In this document: positions 1 to 7,603 of the stretch, piece by piece
Layout: each line of letters opens with the position of its first letter
Position numbering within the stretch: the first letter of the stretch is position 1
Origin: an uncultured Bacteroidia bacterium
GTDB taxonomy: Bacteria; Bacteroidota; Bacteroidia; Bacteroidales; UBA932
Direction of reading: 5' to 3'
DNA: 28,749 nucleotides
Assembly: GCA_902797895.1 (NCBI GenBank)
Contig: CADBUS010000078.1
Location: 1 to 28,749 of the forward strand
Made by a program: the position numbers and the translations under genes
The notes under the pieces: model-generated
The model's input: only the letters and a program-made list of their open reading frames with translations
Database searches by the model: none
What the model was told of the DNA's origin: nothing

Positions 1-1047
1 ATTTGTTTGAGGCAGTAAGGCTGCGCGAGCAAACTTGTCGCTACTCTCACATATCGGCCCAACTACATCGTAACACTCTGGTTTTCCTTTAGATGTAAGA
101 TTATCTATAAAGTGGTGAGCCTGATAGAGTGCAGGGCGAATCAAATCATTCATACCTGCATCCAATATCACAAACTTATTCTCCCTGCCAATTTTAACAT
201 ACAAAACTCTGGAAATCAGATAACCGCACTGTGCCACAAGCGCCCTGCCCGGCTCAAAGTGGACTTTCTGTCCAGGGCGAACTATCAAGTTCTTGTGTAT
301 CAGCTCAAAATACTCCTTAAAGTTGGGTGTGGGATTTTGCAAAGGGGTATCGTAATCTATCCCAAGTCCTCCGCCAAGATTAAGATTCTCTATCTCTATT
401 CCACGCTCTATAAACCAGCTCTGCAACTGCTCTACCATCTTGCACAGCAATGGAAATACGCTCATATCGGTAATTTGGGAGCCTATATGAAAATGAAGCC
501 CTATCAACTTAACATTAGAAAGGCTTTTTAGCTTCTCAACCACAGCCTCAAATTCCCAGGGGCTTATTCCAAACTTATCTTCTTTGCGCCCTGTGGAGAT
601 ATATTTATGGGTGTGTGCATCTATATCGGGATTAACTCTCAGCGATATATTTGCCACCTTTCCCAGCCCTGCAGCCAAATTGTTAATAACCTCAATCTCA
701 GGAATACTCTCGCAGTTGAAGCTGAAGATGCCGGCCTTTAAGGCGGCCCTTATCTCCTTGTCGCTCTTACCAACACCGGCATATACTATCTTAGATGGAG
801 CAAAGCCGCTCTTTACAGCCAACTTAACCTCATTTCCGCTAACGCAATCTGCCCCAAGACCAAAACTACGTATTATCTCCAAAATATGCGGCTCTGCATT
901 GGCCTTAATTGCATAGTGAGCATTATAGCCATACTTGTCAATCAAAGAATTATACTCAGATAGAGTCCGTTTAAGCAGCTCAACATCATAGTAATAAAAG
1001 GGTGTTGGCAGCTTCTCGAATCTCCGTATGGCCTCTTTAGAAATCAT
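1..1047 (-). CDS. lysA: Diaminopimelate decarboxylase (3' end runs off the window; absent from the ORF track)
   Basis: Manual translation from ATG at 1047: MISKEAIRRFEKLPTPFYYYD...HYAIKAN (PLP Lys)...HFHIGSQ...LNLGGGLG...FEPGRALV...DVVGPICESSD; frame open to position 1. Confidence 0.95.
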   Translation of the reverse strand, partial: MISKEAIRRFEKLPTPFYYYDVELLKRTLSEYNSLIDKYGYNAHYAIKANAEPHILEIIRSFGLGADCVSGNEVKLAVKSGFAPSKIVYAGVGKSDKEIRAALKAGIFSFNCESIPEIEVINNLAAGLGKVANISLRVNPDIDAHTHKYISTGRKEDKFGISPWEFEAVVEKLKSLSNVKLIGLHFHIGSQITDMSVFPLLCKMVEQLQSWFIERGIEIENLNLGGGLGIDYDTPLQNPTPNFKEYFELIHKNLIVRPGQKVHFEPGRALVAQCGYLISRVLYVKIGRENKFVILDAGMNDLIRPALYQAHHFIDNLTSKGKPECYDVVGPICESSDKFARAALLPQTN

Positions 1048-1051
1048 CGTA

Positions 1052-1059
1052 CAAAATTA
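1052..1059 (-). promoter_or_regulatory. Bacteroidota housekeeping -7 promoter element (TAATTTTG) for lysA
   Basis: Exact TAnnTTTG match 4 nt upstream of the lysA ATG; no clear -33 TTTG. Confidence 0.6.
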
Positions 1060-1097
1060 ACAATTTTTTCTTATCCATATTTGTGCGTAGCTGTGGG

Positions 1098-1135
1098 AAA
1101 GAGAAAGGGGGTGCCAAATACTTTTTGGTACCCCC
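1098..1135 (-). terminator. Intrinsic terminator after the lipoprotein gene
   Basis: Minus strand GGGGGTACCAAA-N5-TTTGGCACCCCC (12-bp stem, one mismatch) followed by TTTCTCTTT, about 30 nt after the stop at 1164. Confidence 0.8.
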
Positions 1136-1163
1136 CACCTTCTATTTGTTCTCAGAACAGAAT

Positions 1164-1694
1164 TTACTTTAGGGCAACGCTCTTGATAATTTCGTGAACA
1201 TCAGCATTGGTAGGATCGTCGGGAGTAGCCCAAACAATAATCACTTCATTGTTAGGCATCTTGCCCAGATAGCAAGTGTTGTACTCGTCGCGAGTAGCCT
1301 TATAAACCTGCCAAACAACCCCGTTGTCGGCAACAACATCCTCTCCACGATTCTCTTTGGTACCACCACTGTTGGCAACGCACTTGTCAAAGTCGCCTGT
1401 AGGATGCTCACGAAACCTAAGTGTCAGATTCTTGGCTTCGTTCTTGACAATCATTTCGGCTAAATACTCGTCAGCTACCCAACCTGCAGGAAGCGTAACG
1501 GTGTAGTCGGCTGCATAACGTTGGTGAACTTCGGGCTCAGCAACCACTTCGGGTTCTGGCTCAGCAACCACTTCAGATTCGGGCTCTGTTGCAACACTGT
1601 CAACAGACTCTGTTGTGGTGTTGGTATTGTTTCCGCAAGAGACCATTATGCTGACTGCTGCAGCAACTATGGTAAACGAGAAAATCTTCTTCAT
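1164..1694 (-). CDS. Hypothetical lipoprotein with acidic Pro-rich linker and small C-terminal domain (possibly PsbP/DUF1795-like)
   Basis: Signal peptide ending MVSC (lipobox Cys20), Thr/Glu/Pro-rich linker, then YTVTLPAGW...IIKSVALK. The fold call is inference. Confidence 0.75.
   Translation of the reverse strand: MKKIFSFTIVAAAVSIMVSCGNNTNTTTESVDSVATEPESEVVAEPEPEVVAEPEVHQRYAADYTVTLPAGWVADEYLAEMIVKNEAKNLTLRFREHPTGDFDKCVANSGGTKENRGEDVVADNGVVWQVYKATRDEYNTCYLGKMPNNEVIIVWATPDDPTNADVHEIIKSVALK
1534..1574. repeat. Intragenic direct repeat, 17-nt core with 24-nt period, encoding EVVAEP twice
   Basis: GGCTCAGCAACCACTTC at 1534-1550 and 1558-1574. Confidence 0.9.
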
Positions 1695-1752
1695 TTTCTG
1701 CTACATTTTTAAGTTAAACATTAATATGGGGCGACATTGTCCCATTTGGCCG

Positions 1753-1760
1753 CAAAGTTA
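1753..1760 (-). promoter_or_regulatory. -7 promoter element (TAACTTTG) for the lipoprotein gene
   Basis: Exact TAnnTTTG followed by CGGCC, 58 nt upstream of the ATG at 1694. Confidence 0.7.
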
Positions 1761-1823
1761 TACATTCGCTTCAATAGAGCCAAATAATTAAAACATAGTG
1801 CAAGTCAGATAAATCAAAACTCC

Positions 1824-2408
1824 CTACTCGTTATCTTTAGTTAGATTTTTTATTTGCTCCAATGTCTCATCTGCCTTGTTTAGTACTTTTCTGCGCTTTA
1901 TCAGCCCTATTACAAGTCCTAATATTCCGCCAAAAGCGCCTCCTACCAAAAATGTTTTTGCTCTATCAATCCCAATTGCCGGATTATGTGTTAGCTCGTA
2001 ATAAAGTCCTATCGCCCAAAGAATTAAAATAGGTATTCCCCACCAAAACCATTTACTGTAAACTTTCCTAAAATGTGCTACTCCTTTGGCAGCTGTTATC
2101 AAATCGGTATTCATATTCGGCAATTTGCGATTTATCATAAACTGCCCTATCAGAGAAAAGGCTAACATAATTTCTGTGGCTACTATAAAAGTAACAGAGA
2201 TTCCATAAGTTATCATAGGTAGCCAACAAAGCATACCAACTATTGCGATAATTAAATCACCCAAAGCCTTTTTATGAAGATTGCTGAGAGTTTTACGATA
2301 AGCCTTGCGGAGTAGTCTGTCATTTATAATAGTCTCTTGCTCCAATTTCTCTTTCATCTGCTGCAACTGTTGCTGCATATCGTTGAGTCTCTTTTCTACA
2401 TTTTCCAT
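1824..2408 (-). CDS. Membrane protein with about 4 TM helices, putative anti-sigma factor
   Basis: N-terminal coiled-coil-like segment plus four hydrophobic stretches; starts 2 nt after the ECF sigma stop. Confidence 0.6.
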   Translation of the reverse strand: MENVEKRLNDMQQQLQQMKEKLEQETIINDRLLRKAYRKTLSNLHKKALGDLIIAIVGMLCWLPMITYGISVTFIVATEIMLAFSLIGQFMINRKLPNMNTDLITAAKGVAHFRKVYSKWFWWGIPILILWAIGLYYELTHNPAIGIDRAKTFLVGGAFGGILGLVIGLIKRRKVLNKADETLEQIKNLTKDNE

Positions 2409-2410
2409 AA

Positions 2411-2881
2411 TTACTGCATCTTTTTAAGTTGTTCTTTAATTCTTACAAGGCGGACAGAGACATTAGAGGCCGAAATTCCAACTATTTGCCCAATCTCCTC
2501 ATAACTAAGGTTTTCTAACCATAGCAAAATGATAGCTCTATCAAAAGGGCCAAGTTGAGAAATCCTCTTTTTAAGCATTTGCCCCTGGCGCGAGGCATCG
2601 TCGCTCTCTTCAAAGAGGTTGAAGCTCATACTCAGCGGCTCCCTCTTTGGCATACGCCTTTTTTTGCGGTCAGAAGAGATACAGGTGTTGAGGCTCACCC
2701 TCCATATCCAGGAGTTTATGCTGCTCTCCCCACGGAAAGTTCCGGAGCCTCTCCATAGGTTAATCAGTATCTCCTGAAAGAGATCTGCCACCTCCTCATT
2801 GTCTTGAGAGAACATATAGCAGACAGTATATATTGTCCCCTTATGCTCCCTCACCATTTTTTCGAACTCTTTTTCTGTCAT
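2411..2881 (-). CDS. ECF-type RNA polymerase sigma-70 factor (likely start ATG 2881, 156 aa)
   Basis: Region 2 DLFQEILINLW...SWIWRVSLNTC; region 4 LGPFDRAIILLWLENLSYEEIGQIVGISASNVSVRLVRIKEQL. Confidence 0.95.
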   Translation of the reverse strand: MTEKEFEKMVREHKGTIYTVCYMFSQDNEEVADLFQEILINLWRGSGTFRGESSINSWIWRVSLNTCISSDRKKRRMPKREPLSMSFNLFEESDDASRQGQMLKKRISQLGPFDRAIILLWLENLSYEEIGQIVGISASNVSVRLVRIKEQLKKMQ

Positions 2882-2929
2882 AGTCACTCTTGTTTGCTTA
2901 TTAGACGCAGAACATTCCCAAAAACTACA

Positions 2930-2937
2930 CAAATATA
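2930..2937 (-). promoter_or_regulatory. -7 promoter element (TATATTTG) for the ECF sigma unit
   Basis: Exact TAnnTTTG 48 nt upstream of ATG 2881. Confidence 0.55.
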
Positions 2938-2964
2938 AATATAAGGAGAAAGAAGGGGTAGTTT

Positions 2965-2995
2965 TTTGAAAAATCCCCCTTTTTTGTTATATTTG
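2965..2995 (+). promoter_or_regulatory. Full Bacteroidota promoter TTTG-N19-TATATTTG
   Basis: -33 TTTG at 2965-2968, 19-nt spacer, -7 box at 2988-2995; 65 nt upstream of the DHS-like ATG. Confidence 0.8.
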
Positions 2996-3060
2996 TTGAA
3001 TCTTTGGGCTATTGTGCTCAAGGTTAATTTTTGATTACTAACACTCAAAACTGATAGATT

Positions 3061-4044
3061 ATGGCAAAAGGACCTATTACCCAATTTATTGACCATCATT
3101 ACCGTCATTTCAATTCTGCAGCCTTGGTAGATGCTGTTAAGGCATACGAGCAACTTTTGGCAGAGGGTGGAAAGATGATGCTTGCAATGGCCGGCGCAAT
3201 GAGTACGGCTGAACTTGGGCTTTCGCTTGCAGAGATGATTCGCCAAGATAAGTTCTCTATTATCTCCTGTTCTGCTAACAACTTGGAGGAGGATATAATG
3301 AACCTTGTGGCACACTCTCACTATAAGAGAGTTCCAAACTATAGAGACCTTACACCGGAGATGGAGCAAGAGCTGTTAGACAATCACCTCAATCGTGTTA
3401 CAGATACTTGTATTCCGGAGGAAGAGGCTTTCAGAAGATTGGAAGACCACCTGCTTGATGCTTGGAAAGATTCTGCAGCAAAGGGCGAAAGGCTATTTCC
3501 TTACGAGTTTATGTATAAGATTTTACGTAGCGGAGTTTTGGAACAATATTATGAGATAGATCCTAAAGACAGCTGGGTACTTGCTGCCTGCCAAAAGAAT
3601 ATACCTATTGTAGTGCCGGCTTGGGAAGATTCTACTACCGGTAACATCTTTACCGCCCACTGTATTAAGGGAGAGCTTGACCCTCACTTGGTTAAGGGTG
3701 GTATAGAAACTATGATGCACCTTGTGGATTGGTACAAAGCCAATAACCGCCCTGGTATAGACAGAGGTACGGGCTTCTTCCAGATTGGTGGTGGTACTGC
3801 CGGAGATTTCCCAATCTGCTGCGTACCAATGATGGAGCAAGACTTACAGTGGAAAGGTACTATGCTATGGCAATACTTCTGCCAGATTTCAGACTCCACA
3901 ACCTCGTATGGTTCATACTCCGGAGCTGTTCCAAATGAGAAGATTACTTGGGGAAAGCTCGCCACCGATACCCCTAAATTCATAATTGAAAGCGATGCCA
4001 CAATAGTTGCTCCGCTTATGTTTGCCCATATACTCGGCTGGTAA
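3061..4044 (+). CDS. Deoxyhypusine synthase family protein
   Basis: LAMAGAMSTAELG, SANNLEED, GFFQIGGG, SDSTTSYGSYSGAVPNEKITWGKL (catalytic Lys in EKITWGK), ESDATIVAPL. Confidence 0.92.
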   Translation: MAKGPITQFIDHHYRHFNSAALVDAVKAYEQLLAEGGKMMLAMAGAMSTAELGLSLAEMIRQDKFSIISCSANNLEEDIMNLVAHSHYKRVPNYRDLTPEMEQELLDNHLNRVTDTCIPEEEAFRRLEDHLLDAWKDSAAKGERLFPYEFMYKILRSGVLEQYYEIDPKDSWVLAACQKNIPIVVPAWEDSTTGNIFTAHCIKGELDPHLVKGGIETMMHLVDWYKANNRPGIDRGTGFFQIGGGTAGDFPICCVPMMEQDLQWKGTMLWQYFCQISDSTTSYGSYSGAVPNEKITWGKLATDTPKFIIESDATIVAPLMFAHILGW

Positions 4045-4064
4045 TAACCTTTTAATTTATAACT

Positions 4065-4751
4065 ATGAACAGATTTTTTGCTTTTTTATTAACCTTTGCC
4101 GCACTACTTGCTACAAGTAGCTGTAAGGATGGTAGTACTACCACTAAATCAGAAATAGAGAGTAGTACTTGTTCTGAGATATATAAAGATGCTCCTATAG
4201 GTAGCCGTTCTTATCACGATGTTTACGGCCCTGTTAAGAGAATTGTATATGCAGATGGAAGCGCTGTGGATTTTAACGAGCAGGGAGAAAGCCTACAAAT
4301 GCTCGAAGATGACAAGAAATACAAAGAGTTTAACAAAGAGTTTTTAAGTGAGGGGGAGTCTTTGATTAAGTATGACGATAAAGGCAGGCTTATCAGTTTG
4401 CAAGATATCTATACAGATTGCTATACAGAATTTGAGTATAACGGCAAATATATTATCAAGAGAATATTCCATCCGAACGATTTAGGGCCTTATGAGTCTC
4501 CGGATTATTATGCCTATAGTGCTAACGGAGAGCGTGTTGCTTCTTTTAATGCAAAAATTACCCCTTACAAGGTTCAAAATAAACCAGAAGATTTTGAGTT
4601 AATTCTTTGTATGCCGGATATTCTCACTTGTCAAATAGAATATTATACCATACTCAAAAGGGATAATTATGGCAATTGGACAGAGAGGCAGACAAAAGAC
4701 CTTGAAGGCAATATTACCACAGAAAGAAGAACCATAGAATATTTTGAATAA
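4065..4751 (+). CDS. Hypothetical lipoprotein with YD-like beta repeats
   Basis: Signal peptide with lipobox TSSC; KYDDKGRL and KRDNYGNWTER segments. Confidence 0.7.
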   Translation: MNRFFAFLLTFAALLATSSCKDGSTTTKSEIESSTCSEIYKDAPIGSRSYHDVYGPVKRIVYADGSAVDFNEQGESLQMLEDDKKYKEFNKEFLSEGESLIKYDDKGRLISLQDIYTDCYTEFEYNGKYIIKRIFHPNDLGPYESPDYYAYSANGERVASFNAKITPYKVQNKPEDFELILCMPDILTCQIEYYTILKRDNYGNWTERQTKDLEGNITTERRTIEYFE

Positions 4752-4771
4752 TAACTTAAAAATCAACAACT

Positions 4772-5311
4772 ATGAAAAGAGTAATATTTGTATTGGCACT
4801 TATTGCAACCACTTTGTTAAGCGCAAGTTCCTTTGCACAAAAAGGAGTGGATAAGGATATAGAGGAGATTAGAAAACAATACTCTGAGGCTCTTGAGAGC
4901 CTTCAGTACAGAACGGATGAAGAATACCCTGCCCGAAATCTTGTAACTGTAAACTCAGATGAGATGTGGCCGGGCAGCGGAGGGCACAAAACCTCCACCA
5001 CCATCTTTTTTGATGTAGATTTAGATGAGGGAGCCGGAATTGTGCGCACTCCTTTCTTTGCTCGTGTAAAGTACAACATTGCTGCAAGAAACTACTACTA
5101 TGAAGTTTTGTTTGACAGAGATGGTGGCAAACCCCTATTCTACTACACCAAAATTGAGACTTACGACAAGGGGCCTGTGGAGTGCCGCTACTACTACAAA
5201 AACGGCAAAGCAATTAAAACAATCTGCCCTGTGCAACACGAAGAAATTCCATCCGCACAGCAAGCATATCAAGAGGGAGAGAATTTGACAAAGCTGTTAT
5301 CACTCTTTTAA
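4772..5311 (+). CDS. Hypothetical secreted protein
   Basis: Sec signal peptide ending SFA|Q (Bacteroidota-style N-terminal Gln); Tyr-rich beta C-terminus. Confidence 0.7.
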   Translation: MKRVIFVLALIATTLLSASSFAQKGVDKDIEEIRKQYSEALESLQYRTDEEYPARNLVTVNSDEMWPGSGGHKTSTTIFFDVDLDEGAGIVRTPFFARVKYNIAARNYYYEVLFDRDGGKPLFYYTKIETYDKGPVECRYYYKNGKAIKTICPVQHEEIPSAQQAYQEGENLTKLLSLF

Positions 5312-5375
5312 TCAGAATTTTAAGACAATAATTTTAAGTAACATTTGTTGAAAAACAATTAAAGCTATAATACTT

Positions 5376-6971
5376 ATGTCAGATAAACTTTTACTACTCG
5401 GCGATGAGGCACTTGCCCTGGCCGCAATACATTCGGGGCTTTCCGGTGTATATGCTTACCCCGGCACGCCATCTACCGAAATCACCGAATTTATTCAGAA
5501 TCATCCTCTTGCCAAAGAGAGAGGGCTTCACTCCAAGTGGAGTTGCAATGAGAAAACCGCTATGGAGGCGGCTCTCGGAGCATCGTTTGCCGGAAAAAGG
5601 GCGCTTGTTTGTATGAAGCACGTTGGTATGAATGTTTGTGCAGACGGATTTATAAACTCTGCAATGACCGGCACCAACGGCGGCCTTGTTGTGGCAGGTT
5701 GCGACGATCCTTCTATGCACTCTTCTCAAAATGAGCAAGATTCTCGCTTTTATGCAGACTTTGCAATGGTGCCTTGCTTTGAGCCATCCTCACAGCAGGA
5801 GACCTATCAGATGACAAGAGATGCCTTTGATTTTTCAGAAAAAGAGAAACTACCTGTGCTTATGCGCCTTACAACACGTATGGCACACTCCAGAGCTGTT
5901 GTAAAAACAGGCGAGATAAGAGAGGAGAATCCTCTGCGCTTCTCACCAGAGGAGGATTCAAGGAGATGGGTACTTCTGCCGGCAAACGCAAGGGTTAGAA
6001 ACGAGGTGTTGGTTAAGCAATATTTGGAGCTGGAACAGGAGAGCGCAAAGAGCCCATACAATAAGCTGACAAAGGGAAAGGATAACTCTATAGGTATAAT
6101 AGTGAGCGGTATAGCTTATAACTACCTTATGGAGAACTACCCCGATGGTTGCCCATATTCAGTACTGAAAATATCTCAATACCCTCTTCCTAAGTCTCTT
6201 GTAAACGAGCTTGCACAGCAGAGCAAATCTATTTTGGTTATTGAGGAGGGGCAGCCTTTCATAGAGCAAAAGATTAAGGGAATACTTCCTACCCCTATTC
6301 CTATACACGGCCGCTTGGACGGTACACTTCCACGCACAGGAGAACTAAATCCTGATTGCGTAAGAAAAGCTCTGGGTATGAAAGAGTTGGAGGCAGGTAA
6401 AAAATCTGAAGTAACTGTACCTCGCCCACCGGCACTCTGCCAGGGATGCGGCCATAGAGATTTCTACACCGCCCTAAACAATGTTCTTAAAGATTATCCT
6501 ACTGCCAAGGTATTCAGCGATATAGGCTGCTATACTCTCGGTTGGTTAGCTCCTTTCCACGCTTTCCACACCTGCGTAGATATGGGAGCCTCAATTACAA
6601 TGGCAATAGGAGCAGCAGAGAGCAAGGTACACCCATCTGTGGCAGTTATAGGAGACTCTACCTTCACCCACAGCGGAATGACCGGCTTGTTGGATGCAGT
6701 TAATATGAAGGCAAACATTGTTGTCTGCATTTCAGACAACCTTACCACAGGTATGACCGGCGGCCAAGATAGCGCAGGAGTTGGAAGAATAGAGTCTATC
6801 TGCCAGGGCATTGGAGTTGCGCCTGAGCATATAAGGCTTATTGTTCCGCTGCCAAAGAACTATCCTGATATGGAAAAGGCAATCAGAGAGGAGCTTGAGT
6901 ATGAGGGAGTTTCTGTTATAGTTTGCCGCAGAGAGTGCATTCAAACCGCTAAAAGACATATCAAAAAATAG
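5376..6971 (+). CDS. iorA: Indolepyruvate:ferredoxin oxidoreductase alpha subunit
   Basis: YPGTPSTEI, NEKTAME, MKHVGMNV, DDPSMHSSQNEQDSR, RPPALCQGCGHR, SDIGCYTLG, TPP motif GDSTFTHSG...DN. Confidence 0.95.
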   Translation: MSDKLLLLGDEALALAAIHSGLSGVYAYPGTPSTEITEFIQNHPLAKERGLHSKWSCNEKTAMEAALGASFAGKRALVCMKHVGMNVCADGFINSAMTGTNGGLVVAGCDDPSMHSSQNEQDSRFYADFAMVPCFEPSSQQETYQMTRDAFDFSEKEKLPVLMRLTTRMAHSRAVVKTGEIREENPLRFSPEEDSRRWVLLPANARVRNEVLVKQYLELEQESAKSPYNKLTKGKDNSIGIIVSGIAYNYLMENYPDGCPYSVLKISQYPLPKSLVNELAQQSKSILVIEEGQPFIEQKIKGILPTPIPIHGRLDGTLPRTGELNPDCVRKALGMKELEAGKKSEVTVPRPPALCQGCGHRDFYTALNNVLKDYPTAKVFSDIGCYTLGWLAPFHAFHTCVDMGASITMAIGAAESKVHPSVAVIGDSTFTHSGMTGLLDAVNMKANIVVCISDNLTTGMTGGQDSAGVGRIESICQGIGVAPEHIRLIVPLPKNYPDMEKAIREELEYEGVSVIVCRRECIQTAKRHIKK

Positions 6972-6977
6972 AGGAAT

Positions 6978-7562
6978 ATGAAAAAAGATATAATTTTATC
7001 AGGAGTTGGTGGCCAGGGTATTCTCTCCATAGCCACCGTTATAGGCTGGGCCGCATTAGACCAAAACCTCTATCTCAAACAGGCAGAGGTACACGGAATG
7101 AGCCAAAGAGGCGGCGATGTGCAGAGTAACCTCAGAATTTCATCTTCTGAGATTTACAGCGATCTTATTCCTAAAGGAGAGTGCGATATGATTATCTCTA
7201 TGGAGCCTATGGAGGCACTACGTTACCTGCCTTGGCTCTCGCCAAAGGGATGGATAATTACCAGCAGCGCACCATTTGTAAATATCCCTAACTATCCTCA
7301 AATTGAGGAGATTGAGAAAGAGCTAAAAAAATCTGCCAATCTTATAAAAATAGATTCAGAGGCTATTGCAAAGGAGATTCAGGCCCCAAGAAGCTCAAAT
7401 ATGGTACTGCTTGGAGCTGCTGCAAGATTTATTGAGATTATTAAAAAAGAGAATCTGCAGGAGGGAATAAAGAATGTATTTATGCGCAAGGGAGAGGAGA
7501 TGGTTGCCACCAACCTCAAAGCCTTTGAGGCAGGATACGAGTTTGCCCAAAAGAGTCTGTAA
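6978..7562 (+). CDS. iorB: Indolepyruvate oxidoreductase beta subunit
   Basis: GVGGQGIL, EVHGMSQRGGDV, SNMVLLGA; 6 nt after iorA. Confidence 0.95.
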   Translation: MKKDIILSGVGGQGILSIATVIGWAALDQNLYLKQAEVHGMSQRGGDVQSNLRISSSEIYSDLIPKGECDMIISMEPMEALRYLPWLSPKGWIITSSAPFVNIPNYPQIEEIEKELKKSANLIKIDSEAIAKEIQAPRSSNMVLLGAAARFIEIIKKENLQEGIKNVFMRKGEEMVATNLKAFEAGYEFAQKSL

Positions 7563-7603
7563 TACTCTATGGCATAGAATATTGTTTAACCAAAAAAAAA
7601 GTA

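Noticed and set aside
112-916. Plus-strand ORFs 112..531 and 584..916
   Set aside because: Antisense shadows of lysA, which the track missed because it has no stop in the window.
1048-1163. Possible lysine riboswitch or attenuator upstream of lysA
   Set aside because: Only 116 nt, occupied by the upstream gene's terminator and a promoter box next to the ATG.
1726-1745. Small hairpin in the lipoprotein 5' leader
   Set aside because: Short and bulged; no support for an RNA element beyond a possible 5' stabiliser.
5339-5347. TAACATTTG as an iorA promoter
   Set aside because: One base too long for TAnnTTTG and lacks a spaced -33 box, so not called.
7592-7600. A9 tract before the aminotransferase start as a phase-variation site
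   Set aside because: Non-coding and typical of A-rich Bacteroidota translation leaders.
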